NCBI GenBank assembly: GCA_965243135.1
Contig: OZ251539.1
Location: forward strand, 4,352,001 to 4,416,000
Direction of reading: 5' to 3'
Length of the DNA stretch: 64,000 nucleotides
Source: Alphaproteobacteria bacterium
GTDB lineage: Bacteria; Pseudomonadota; Alphaproteobacteria; MPNO01; UBA830
The notes under the pieces were generated by a model. That model saw nothing but the letters and a program-made list of their open reading frames with translations, was not told where the DNA came from and ran no database searches. This document shows positions 55,158-64,000 of the stretch, in pieces. The translations under genes were made by a program, and so were the position numbers. Numbering within the stretch: the first letter of the stretch is position 1; each line of letters opens with the position of its first letter.

Positions 55158-55742
55158 TCAGTCTTCAAGTTCTACGACACGACCCATGTCGGCCCGTCGC
55201 GCCGCATAAATTTCTTCGATCATCGCATCCACTTCATGATCTTCAAGCGGACTCCAGGCGCCCTGAAGTTCGGCAAGTCTCCCGCGAGCAAGCCATCCTT
55301 CCGTCAGGGGACGGATCGCGCCGACCAGCGCCTCCATGTCCGTCACATGGCCCTCCTCATCGAGGTATTCGTCCTTGGCCAAAGGCAGAATGTCGACAGG
55401 CTTGGTCACGCCCTCGAGGCGACAGAGAAATTTCCGGAGCGCGGGCGCTTGGTCGGGATATCTGGTCCACAATAGGAGCAGGTACGGACCGGAGGGCTTT
55501 ATCTGATTCTCGATCAGATTCCCGATGACCGAAAAATCCCGGGCATGGTCGCCCGGCGGTCCATCAAGAAAGTCGGCGAAAATCAGCCTGACGCGCGGAC
55601 ATTCCGGCAAATGCGCCCGTTCTCCGGTGAAGTGAAACGTCAGGAAGGGATCCTCGAAACGTTCGAGCGCCTTGGACAAGCCGTCGAGATGGTCCCGCTC
55701 GCGGTCGATGACGATGATGGATGGAATCGATGATTGCGTCAT
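55158..55742 (-). CDS. Receiver-like domain protein with an antitoxin-like C-terminal tail
   Basis: IIVIDRE..HL..L, RLIFAD, GPYLLLLWT, LAK pattern of a degenerate REC fold; tail LQGAWSPLED..VDAMIEEIYAARR; AAGGAGG RBS. Confidence 0.6.
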   Translation of the reverse strand: MTQSSIPSIIVIDRERDHLDGLSKALERFEDPFLTFHFTGERAHLPECPRVRLIFADFLDGPPGDHARDFSVIGNLIENQIKPSGPYLLLLWTRYPDQAPALRKFLCRLEGVTKPVDILPLAKDEYLDEEGHVTDMEALVGAIRPLTEGWLARGRLAELQGAWSPLEDHEVDAMIEEIYAARRADMGRVVELED

Positions 55743-56176
55743 TGCGCCTCCTTCTCGAAATCGCGGGAGAGGCCGATGTACAGCATTCGTTCGGGCGCGT
55801 CATCCGCAGCCAGTAGACGGCATTGTCCGAAAGGTTTCCCAAAGCCCCCCGGCGCACGATCGAACGCAAACCGGCCGTCGCCGTCGTCCAACGGTCAGAC
55901 AAGTCGGATCCGTTGGAAACGCAGACGCGCGGCACCGGAGCGCGGCCATGCTTTTTCCGCGAAGCTTGAATTCCCGAAGACGCGATAGCCGGCCGACGGC
56001 ATTTCGCGAGCGTCTTGCGGCGAACGTTCGACGTTGCGTCCGGCCGGAGCTTGGACACGCGGGACCGAAGATCGCAGACTGGCGCCTGCAAGATGGCGCG
56101 CCCCGCATCGAGCGATGGTTCCGAGCCGGCAACGGGATGATGCGACGCCGCCCTCCACCGGCAACAGGAGAACGCC

Positions 56177-56962
56177 ATGGCGGAGACGGACAGCATGATT
56201 GTCACCCGCGACGACGGCATGGTTCGCTGGCTGACGTTCAACCGCCCCGAAAAGCGCAACGCGCTGTCGCTGGATATGCTCGAACGGGCGCTCGAAGAAG
56301 TCCGTCGCTTCGGCGACGACGACGCCTCGCGCGTCCTGATCTTGACCGGCGGCGGCGACCGAGCGTTCGTTTCCGGCGCCGACATTTCCGAGTTCGGTCG
56401 CGGATCCGGCTCCGAGCGGCGCTATTTGGACCTCGGCGCCCGCCTGTTCCACGAAATTCACCGCCTGCCGAAACCTACGATCGCCATGATCCGGGGATAC
56501 TGCTTCGGCGGCGGCGTCGCCCTAGCGACGGCGTGCGACCTGCGCTACGCCTCCGACGACGCCCTGTTCTCCATACCGGCCGCCAGGCTGGGAATCGCCT
56601 ACGACCTCGACCTCGCCAAAAGGCTGCTCGATCTCGCCGGTCCCGCCGCGGCGAAGGAAATGCTCTTTGCCGGACGCCGCTACGACGCGGCGCAAGCCGA
56701 GCGGATGGGTCTCGTCAACCGGATCTGCGCCGGCGACGGCCTCGCGCGGGAAACCGCCGGCCTTGCCGCGGAAATCGCGCGGAACGCTCCCCTTTCCGTC
56801 CGCAGCGCCAAGTTCGCGATAGCCCATCTTTTGGCCGAACCGTCCGGCCGCGACCGCAGCGAATGCGAGCGAATGATCGCGGCCTGCGCCGAAAGCGAGG
56901 ATTTCGCCGAGGGGCGCGCCGCCTTCGCCGAAAAGCGAAAACCCGCGTTCCGGGGTCGATGA
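56177..56962 (+). CDS. Enoyl-CoA hydratase/isomerase family protein
   Basis: NRPEKRNAL, AFVSGADISEF, PTIAMIRGYCFGGG, EDFAEGRAAFAEKRKP. Confidence 0.93.
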   Translation: MAETDSMIVTRDDGMVRWLTFNRPEKRNALSLDMLERALEEVRRFGDDDASRVLILTGGGDRAFVSGADISEFGRGSGSERRYLDLGARLFHEIHRLPKPTIAMIRGYCFGGGVALATACDLRYASDDALFSIPAARLGIAYDLDLAKRLLDLAGPAAAKEMLFAGRRYDAAQAERMGLVNRICAGDGLARETAGLAAEIARNAPLSVRSAKFAIAHLLAEPSGRDRSECERMIAACAESEDFAEGRAAFAEKRKPAFRGR

Positions 56963-57277
56963 CCTGCGCTGTCGCCCGGCCGGGCATTCAACTCCGAAAC
57001 GCTTTCGTCGAGCGCGACCGTCTCCCGTTCGACGCCGCGGCACGATAAAGGTCGCCTACGCGGCGGCAAACATCCCTGCAGTCGACGAGCGGCCCGTGCC
57101 ATCCGCAGCGAGGAAGCCGCCCGGCAACTACGGTCGCGCGCTCGGGATTTGACTTGCTTTGGTTATCCAGAAGAGAACTTCATGAGCGAAGATGCAGAAT
57201 GCAACGAAGCCTTGGAAGCATGCTGCCCCCTCGCTTCCAGCGTACAGTTTGAGGACTTTGCGAAGCCTCCGAGACGA

Positions 57278-57558
57278 TTACGCGCCGGTCCATCCCTTCC
57301 ATGGCGCGCCGGGCAGACGAGCGATGAGCCGGGAGGAAACGGTTCGAGCCGCCCCTTCCATGTCCCACCGGTAGTTGTGCGCGAGCAACGGGCCGATATC
57401 GGCGCTAAACTGCCGGTCGTGCAGCTTGGCCGCCAAGTTTCGTTCGAAGTCGCGGCGGCGGAAACGCCGAGCGCGGATCGCATGTCCGCCGTGCTGAAGT
57501 GGTATCGGCCGTCGGCGGCAAACTCGGCGATGACATTGCTGGCTCTGAGCGTTTTCAT
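57278..57558 (-). pseudogene. Deletion-collapsed AbiEi/AbiEii (type IV TA) remnant
   Basis: AbiEi-like N-terminus (GRYHFSTADMRSALGVS) joined out of frame to an AbiEii-like C-terminus (DFERNLAAKL.D..F.ADI.PLL....LIARLPGAPWKG). Confidence 0.7.
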
Positions 57559-58102
57559 ATGCGCAAAGTATCAATATTCGATACATTCGGAAAGAGATTT
57601 CGTGCACTGTGCGTTGTCGTCGGCCAGACTGTCCAGAACTCTCCACAACGCTTTCCGAAGAAAAGGGCGCGCTCTGAATTCCAGCCGCGATCAGCCGCCC
57701 GGCATCGGATCCGCCGGGAATTTCGGCCGTCGCAACCCGGGTCCGTTTCGGCTCCGCAGCGATTTCCGGCCTTCTCCCGTGCGGGCGGTCTCTCTCTGCC
57801 TCCGTATCGACCTCTTCGAGCGCCCGCTCGTCGCCGACGGTTCGCTTCGCTTGCGCCGCCAGGCCATCTTCGCCGAACTCGATGCAGCCCATGCAGCGGC
57901 ACGGCCCGCCAAGGATAACGGCGGCGGCGTCCTAAAATTTTCCGGAGTTCGGCGCCGAACTTCAATGTCGCGGCAATGCGCCTACAATGAGAAAATTGCG
58001 TCGGCGGCACAGAGCAAGCGTCCTGCTTGCCGTCGCCGTCAACGCGTCGCGCCGATGAATTTCCTCACGTGCAGCCGAACAAGACAAAACGCCATTGAGA
58101 TT

Positions 58103-60463
58103 ATGGACGACAGATTCCCAACGACAGCGACGATCGGCACGATCGGCGAGCCGCGATTGCGCGCGGAAGATCTGCCCTTGCTTCGAGGCGAAGCCCGGTT
58201 CGTCGAAGATATCGCATTGCCCGGCGAACTCCGGGCCGTGTTTCTGCGTTCGCCTCATGCCCATGCCCGCATCCTCGCCGTCAGGACCGGCGCCGCGGAA
58301 AGATCCTCCGCCGTCCGCCTCGTGGCGACCGGCTCCGATATCCAGGACCTCGGCGGCATTCCTTGGGAAGTGAGACCTCCGGCGGACGCCGCGGAAGACG
58401 AGCTGCCGCCTGTCGGCTCGCCCGACGTGGCCGCGCCGCAACCTCTCATGGCCGCTCCCGTCGCGCGCTTCGCAGGCGAGATCGTCGCCATGGTCGTCGC
58501 CGACGGCGAGAACGAGGCGCGCGATGCGGCCGAGTTGATCGATGCCGACTTCGAGGCTCTCGACGCGTCCGCGAACCCGCGCGAAGCCGGCGCTCAGGCG
58601 TCCTTGTGGCCGCAAGCGCCCGGCAATCTCGCATTCGCCATCCGGATGGGAGACGCGGAAGCGGTCGAGGAAGCCTTTGCCCGCGCGGCGCATGTCGTGA
58701 GCGTCGACTGCGCCAGCAACCGCGTCGCCGGCGTTCCCCTCGAAACCCGAGGCTGCATCGGCGAACCTTCCGGCGACCGCATGATCCTGCACGCTCCCAT
58801 CGGCAAGCCCCACGGCGTTCGCAGGACGATGGCGGAGCATGTATTCCGCGTTGCGCCGGAGCGGATCGCCGTGAAGGTGCCGGACATCGGCGGCGGCTTC
58901 GGCATCAAGAACGTCCTGTATCCGGAGCATTGCCTGACGCTGTGGGCGGCGCGACGGCTCGGCCGTCCCGTAAAGTGGATCGGCCGCCGCGACGAGTGCT
59001 TTCTTAGCGACGTCGGATGCCGGGAACAATCCGGTCGCGGCGAACTGGCTCTCGACCGCGACGGCAATATCCTGGCGGTCCGGGTGCGCTCGCAGGGCAA
59101 TCTCGGCGCCTATCTGGCTCCCCGCGGCGTCGTCTCGCTGCGCAACTCCGGTTACGTGGCTTCGAACGTCTATGCCGTTCCGCATATCGATTTCGAGATG
59201 CGCGCCTTCCATTCCAACACGGCTCCGACGTGCAATTTCAGGGGCGCAGGCGAGCCGGAAGGCGTCAACGTCGCCGAACGGCTGGCGGCGCGCGCCGCCC
59301 GATCCCTGAAAATCGATCCGGTTGCGTTCCGGCGGCGCAATCTGCTGGCGGCGTCGGCGTTGCCAAGGACCAATCCCGCCGGGCTCGTTCAGGATGCCGG
59401 CGACTACGAAGCGGTTCTGGACCGCACGATGGAAGCGGCGGACCGCGACGGCTTCGCGGCGCGGCGGCAACTGTCGGAAACCAACGGCAGGCTGCGCGGT
59501 TGGGGCATGGCCATGCATCTCTACATGTCCGGCTTCAATTTCACCGAAACGACGACGCTCGCAGTCCGGCCGGACGGCCGCGTCGACCTCTTCATCGGCG
59601 CGCAGTCGAGCGGTCAGGGGCACGCTACCGTTTTTGCGCAGATCGCCAGCGCGCGGCTCGGAATCGATCCCGGCGCGATCCGCGTCGTTCAGGGCGACAC
59701 CGATCTCATTCCCGCAGGATCCGGCACCGGCGCCAGCCGGTCGTTGACCATCGGCGGTTCCTCGGCGGCCCTGGCGGCGGACGCCCTCGTGGAAACCGGC
59801 CGCAGACTCGCCGCGCAGGCGCTCGAAGCCGCCCCCGAAGACATCAGCTACCGGTTCGGCCGGTTCGGCGTCGCAGGCACGGATCGCGGACTCGACCTTG
59901 GCCGCCTGGCCGAACACGCGGAACGGAACGACCCGGACGGACGATTTTCCGCCTCCGCGAGCTACCGCCCCCGGAACGGCACCTCGGCGGCCGGATGCCA
60001 GATCTGCGAGGCGGAAGTCGACCCGGAAACCGGCGCGGTCGATATCGACCGGTTCGCGATCGTTCAGGATGCGGGGCGCGCGATCAATCCCTTGATCGTG
60101 GAAGGCCAGATTCACGGCGGCGTCGCCACCGGCCTCGGTCAATCGCTGTGCGAACACGCGATCTACGAGCGCGGCACCGCGCAACTCCTCACCGGAAGCT
60201 TCATGGACTACGGCTTTCCGCGCGCCGACCAGACGCCGTCCATCGAAGTTCACCTGCAGGAAGTTCCGTCGGTCGCCAATCCGCTGGGAGCGAAGGGGAT
60301 CGGCGAAGCCGGCGGGGTCGGCGCCATGCCGGCTATCGTCGAGGCGATCCTCGACGCCCTGTCGCCCTTGGGCGTGGAGGCGATCGACACCCCCGCCACG
60401 CCGCAGCGAGTCTGGCAAGCTATCGGAAGGGCGCGGCCGGATCGGGAGAAAGCGCGTGTATGA
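58103..60463 (+). CDS. Xanthine-dehydrogenase/CoxL-like molybdopterin large subunit (orphan, L3)
   Basis: RAEDLPLLRG, IGGGFGIK, NFRGAGEPE, SGQGHAT, GQIHGG, KGIGEAG. Confidence 0.9.
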   Translation: MDDRFPTTATIGTIGEPRLRAEDLPLLRGEARFVEDIALPGELRAVFLRSPHAHARILAVRTGAAERSSAVRLVATGSDIQDLGGIPWEVRPPADAAEDELPPVGSPDVAAPQPLMAAPVARFAGEIVAMVVADGENEARDAAELIDADFEALDASANPREAGAQASLWPQAPGNLAFAIRMGDAEAVEEAFARAAHVVSVDCASNRVAGVPLETRGCIGEPSGDRMILHAPIGKPHGVRRTMAEHVFRVAPERIAVKVPDIGGGFGIKNVLYPEHCLTLWAARRLGRPVKWIGRRDECFLSDVGCREQSGRGELALDRDGNILAVRVRSQGNLGAYLAPRGVVSLRNSGYVASNVYAVPHIDFEMRAFHSNTAPTCNFRGAGEPEGVNVAERLAARAARSLKIDPVAFRRRNLLAASALPRTNPAGLVQDAGDYEAVLDRTMEAADRDGFAARRQLSETNGRLRGWGMAMHLYMSGFNFTETTTLAVRPDGRVDLFIGAQSSGQGHATVFAQIASARLGIDPGAIRVVQGDTDLIPAGSGTGASRSLTIGGSSAALAADALVETGRRLAAQALEAAPEDISYRFGRFGVAGTDRGLDLGRLAEHAERNDPDGRFSASASYRPRNGTSAAGCQICEAEVDPETGAVDIDRFAIVQDAGRAINPLIVEGQIHGGVATGLGQSLCEHAIYERGTAQLLTGSFMDYGFPRADQTPSIEVHLQEVPSVANPLGAKGIGEAGGVGAMPAIVEAILDALSPLGVEAIDTPATPQRVWQAIGRARPDREKARV

Positions 60464-61628
60464 AGGCATGATTCAGGACTGGCCCAAGCGGGTCCGCTAC
60501 GGGCCGGGAAGCGTGCAACATCTTCCGGCGCTAATGTCCGAACTTGATCGAAGCCGCGCGTTCATCGTCTGCGGGCGCACCGTGGCGTCCGGCCCCATTT
60601 TGCAATCGGTGCGCAACGCCCTCGAAGACCGGATCGTCGGGGCGTTCGACCGGATCACGGCGCATGCGCCGAGCGGCGAGGTCTCGGAAGCCGCCGAACT
60701 GTTCGACGCAAGCGGCGCGGACGCGATCGTGAGCGTCGGCGGCGGCAGCGCCATCGACTGCGGGAAGGGAATCGCATTGCTGAAGGCGACGGGCGGCGCT
60801 TTCGATCCCTACGAGATCGACTTCGCCGCGAAAGGCATGCAACGAGCGGCGATGCCGCCGCCGGGCGTCGGCCATATCGCCGTCCCGACCACGGCGGGAT
60901 CCTCCAGCGACGTAATGCCGACCGCCGGACTGCGCGATCCCGTCCGTCGGAGGAAGATGTTGTTCTGGGACCGGCACATGGTTCCCGACGCGACCGTCCT
61001 GGATCCGGAGCTGGCGATACACGCGGCCCCGGAACTGACTGCGGCCACCGGCATGACCGCAATGGCGCGCTGCATCGAATCCTTTTACGCGCGAACCCGG
61101 CAGCCCGTCACGACCGGGCTCGCCCTGCACGGCGCAAGACTGCTTCGGTCGGCGCTGCCGCGCGCGGTCGCGGCGCCCGACGATCTGCAGGCCCGGGCGG
61201 ATTGCCAGATGGCCTGCTTGATGTCCGGAGTCGCCGGCATCAACACCATGGTCTGCGTCGTCCACGCGCTTGGGCACGTCTTCGGCGGGCGGTACGGCCT
61301 GAGGCACGGAATCGCCCATTCCATCCTCCTCGCTCCGGCGATGCGGCGGCTGTTGCCTGCGCTGGGCGACAGCCAGCGCTGGATCGCGGAAGCCATGGGC
61401 GTCGGCGCTCGCGGCCTCACGCCGGACGAGGCAGGGAACCGCGCGGCCGGCGCGGTCGCGCGGATGGTCGCATCGCTGCCCCTGCCCCGGCGGCTCGCGG
61501 ATACCGGTCTGACCGAGGCCAACATTCCCGCCGTCGCCGCCGAGGCAATGGGCGATTACATGATGCCCCACGCGCCGCGCCCGATAACGGTCGAGGAAAT
61601 CGAGGATCTCCTCCGCGAGGCGTTGTGA
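60456..61628 (+). CDS. Iron-containing alcohol dehydrogenase family protein
   Basis: VGGGSAIDCGK, VPTTAG, LDPEL, VHALGH, HGIAH. Confidence 0.9.
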   Translation: MYEGMIQDWPKRVRYGPGSVQHLPALMSELDRSRAFIVCGRTVASGPILQSVRNALEDRIVGAFDRITAHAPSGEVSEAAELFDASGADAIVSVGGGSAIDCGKGIALLKATGGAFDPYEIDFAAKGMQRAAMPPPGVGHIAVPTTAGSSSDVMPTAGLRDPVRRRKMLFWDRHMVPDATVLDPELAIHAAPELTAATGMTAMARCIESFYARTRQPVTTGLALHGARLLRSALPRAVAAPDDLQARADCQMACLMSGVAGINTMVCVVHALGHVFGGRYGLRHGIAHSILLAPAMRRLLPALGDSQRWIAEAMGVGARGLTPDEAGNRAAGAVARMVASLPLPRRLADTGLTEANIPAVAAEAMGDYMMPHAPRPITVEEIEDLLREAL

Positions 61629-62989
61629 CGGTCCCGGCGGCGAAACGGCTGGCGGGCTGGGCCGCCGGACTCGCCTGGGCGGACGTGCCGCAGGAACAGC
61701 GTCCTCTGACGGGCTTGCGCGTTCTCGATACGCTCGGCCTCGTTCTCGCCGGTTCGAGCACCCCTGCGGCCGACGCCGCCATGGCGATCGCGGAAAGCCA
61801 CGGCAAGACCATGGACGCCGGCGCACTGCCTGCGGGCGGAACGCCGGCGGCGTGGGCGGCGTTCGCGCACGCGGTGATGGCGCATTGCCGGGACTTCGAC
61901 GACACGTTCCCGGACTCGGTCGTGCATCCCGGATCGGTCGTAGTGCCGACGGCGATCGCGGTCGGGACGGAGACCGGAGCGGAAAACGAAGATATCGCCG
62001 CCGCCGTGACGGCCGGCTACGAAGTCGCGGCTCGGCTGGGCGGCGTCGCCGAAAGGCGGTTTCACCGGCGTGGCTTCCACGCGACGGGCATCGCCGGTCC
62101 TTTCGCCGCCGCCGCGGCGGCAGGCCGAACGATGCGGCTGAACGGCGAGGCGATGGCGAACGCCTTCGGCCTGGCGGGCAGCATGGCCGGCGGCCTGATG
62201 GCGTTCCTCGACGACGGTTCCTGGTCGAAATGGCTGCATGCCGGCTGGGCGGCGCACGGCGGCATCGTCGCGGCGCAACTGGCCGGGCGCGGGTTTCGGG
62301 GACCGGCGGGCGTACTGGACGGCCGGCACAATCTGTACGACGCGTTCCTTTCGGGCGAAACGGTCGACAGGGACGCGCTCACGGCAGGGCTGGGCCGCGC
62401 GTGGCGCGGCGCGGAGGCGCATTTCAAGTACTACCCCTGCGCCCACGTCATCCAGCCCTATCTGGAAGCGGCCATCGACATCGCGGAAACGGAGGGACTG
62501 GACGCAGGCCGGATCGCCGGAGCGGAATGCAGGATCGCTCCATGGGCGGCGCAGATCGTGGCCGTCCCGAGAGAGATCAAGATCCGGCCGGCAAGCGAAA
62601 TGGACGCCATCGCCAGCCTTCCCTATCTGCTGGCGGTCGCGCTGCGGGATCGCCGCGTCACGCTCGACGCCCTCGACCGGAAGACGCGCGAAGAGTCGAC
62701 GTTGCTCGACCTCGCGGCCCGTATCGTACATGCCGAGGATCCGGCGCTTGGAAAAGGATTCGACGGTGCGCTGCGCCTGGATCTCGACGACGGACGGCGC
62801 ATCGAGCGGTCGGTATCCTCGACGCCGCCCAACCGGGAAAGGGTGGTCGCGAAATTCCGCGACAACGCGCGCCGCGCGATCACGGAGGGGCAGGCGGAAG
62901 CTCTCGAGCGCGCAGTCCTGAACGGAAGCATTCCGGAATTCGGAGAGATTCTGAAGTTCCAGCCGCCCGCTTCGCCGCCCAAACCTTGA
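61625..62989 (+). CDS. MmgE/PrpD family protein
   Basis: HCRDFDDT..SVVHPG, GYE, GFHATG, KWLHAGWAA, KYYPCAH. Confidence 0.92.
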   Translation: MTVPAAKRLAGWAAGLAWADVPQEQRPLTGLRVLDTLGLVLAGSSTPAADAAMAIAESHGKTMDAGALPAGGTPAAWAAFAHAVMAHCRDFDDTFPDSVVHPGSVVVPTAIAVGTETGAENEDIAAAVTAGYEVAARLGGVAERRFHRRGFHATGIAGPFAAAAAAGRTMRLNGEAMANAFGLAGSMAGGLMAFLDDGSWSKWLHAGWAAHGGIVAAQLAGRGFRGPAGVLDGRHNLYDAFLSGETVDRDALTAGLGRAWRGAEAHFKYYPCAHVIQPYLEAAIDIAETEGLDAGRIAGAECRIAPWAAQIVAVPREIKIRPASEMDAIASLPYLLAVALRDRRVTLDALDRKTREESTLLDLAARIVHAEDPALGKGFDGALRLDLDDGRRIERSVSSTPPNRERVVAKFRDNARRAITEGQAEALERAVLNGSIPEFGEILKFQPPASPPKP

Positions 62990-63079
62990 CGTCTGCACGA
63001 CGCCCCGAAGGAAACAAGGTCAGGAACGAAACGCAGATTTTCCGTAGCCCAACCGGCATCCCGACAGTCCCGACGCCTT

Positions 63080-63590
63080 GACGCACAAGCTAATTCCACT
63101 ACTTCTACCAACCATATGTTACTTGATGGGAAACATGACAAAAAACGCGGCCGCGCAATTCAAAATTTTCTTGCGAATGGCATACCTTCTGGACTATCTA
63201 TCGTCGCAATCCATGGCTGGACCGGTCTAATCGCCCGTAATGCAACGCCATAAACGCTTTGCCGTCGTAATGAAGAAAAGCGCACCGGCATATGCATTCT
63301 TGACGACAAATCTGGTAGAGGCTACGAACATTCAAAAGCGGCTTACCGAATAGCGCTGAGGAACGTGATTTTTGGGAGTTAGCAGGCGTCGTTACTACAA
63401 GCGATGAAAGTCCAAATAAAGCTCATGTACTTGAAAGCACGACTAATTCAAATTGTTGACGGAACAGGGCGCGTAGTTTTGGAAAACAAAACTAAACCCT
63501 ACACGAACGAGCATTTGCCGGAAGTCGACTTGGCCAGAGGCGTCCTCCAAAACGCATCGTTGATTCTTCCCGTTGTTGTTGCATAACCTA
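63080..63590. other. AT-rich segment of probable foreign origin with only short ORFs
   Basis: Abrupt fall in GC; longest ORF is 63404..63586 (60 aa); no recognisable motif. Confidence 0.45.
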
Positions 63591-63852
63591 CCCCGAGCTG
63601 CCGGCCGCAAAAAACCGTTCCGCGAATAGAAGAATTTTTCGCGGCGGCGCTCGCCGTTCGAGAGTTCAGAAGTGCGGCGCCGAGGGCCGCCCGCCTGTCT
63701 TCACGACGCAACGCCCGAACTCGGAACGGTTATGTCGAAGAGCGACGCGACGCCGGGAAAACCATACCCAAAGTTACACGGGCGAGCAGGCCATGAGACT
63801 TTGATCTTACGAATCTGCATCAGCAAGAAATAGTGCACAATAGGAAGGCACC

Positions 63853-63999
63853 TCAGCTTATGACGTTCAACAAAAAGCGGCCGTTCACCATGCGCACCTT
63901 CGCCTCGCGATCCGCCTTTGAATGTTCGCACTCATCCTCCAGGACGGCGAGCACCCACTGCGGCCGCGGGGACCGCTCGACGGAGGCGCTGCGCATCAG
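63853..63999 (-). CDS. Possible 3' end of a CDS entering from beyond the window
   Basis: Open frame LMRSASVERSPRPQWVLAVLEDECEH...NVIS* running from the window edge; no motif recognised. Confidence 0.3.
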   Translation of the reverse strand: MMRSASVERSPRPQWVLAVLEDECEHSKADREAKVRMVNGRFLLNVIS

Positions 64000-64000
64000 G

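Noticed and set aside
57149-58102. 318-aa N-terminal extension on the third Mo-hydroxylase subunit
   Set aside because: It overlaps the antisense AbiE remnant and non-coding-like sequence. Family similarity starts only near ATG 58103.
1-64000. tRNA, rRNA, integrase or IS transposase
   Set aside because: No cloverleaf, rRNA-like tract, DDE or tyrosine-recombinase motif was recognised. Short or degenerate elements could have been missed without tools.

Overview
GC-rich bacterial window, probably alphaproteobacterial (inferred from gene content). It has four parts. (1) 49-13.7 kb: a complete periplasmic Tat-exported formate dehydrogenase locus (fdhABC, Cys-ligated rather than Sec) with a large set of mostly uncharacterised accessory genes (DUF6505-like, biotin-ligase-like, Mrp/ApbC, DUF6494-like, a cytochrome c with a TupA-like N-terminus, polyferredoxin, DUF3305/DUF3306, TorD, WD40-cytochrome c, two micro-proteins). 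(2) Catabolic blocks that look aimed at aromatic or N-heterocyclic substrates: amidohydrolase/cupin dioxygenase/aldolase; a Mo-hydroxylase operon with two large subunits; cyclase; BMP-type ABC transporter plus cysteine hydrolase; three tandem TauD dioxygenases plus PhyH, cupin and two BASS-like transporters; an orphan Mo-hydroxylase large subunit with Fe-ADH and PrpD. (3) A MarR-EmrAB efflux operon with a Cys-rich fourth gene. (4) Defence or toxin-antitoxin material in the spacers: an intact two-gene ATPase + ATPase-wHTH-TPR module whose promoter carries tandem palindromes (best candidate for an undescribed system), TIGR04255-like + HTH, an orphan DNA methyltransferase, an intact Xre-RES pair, three chimeric antitoxin-like genes, and decayed remnants (AAA-PD-(D/E)XK, VapC, RecD2, DUF5615, deletion-fused AbiEi/AbiEii). 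I saw no rRNA, tRNA, CRISPR array or intact transposase. Family assignments come from motif recognition by eye, not database searches.
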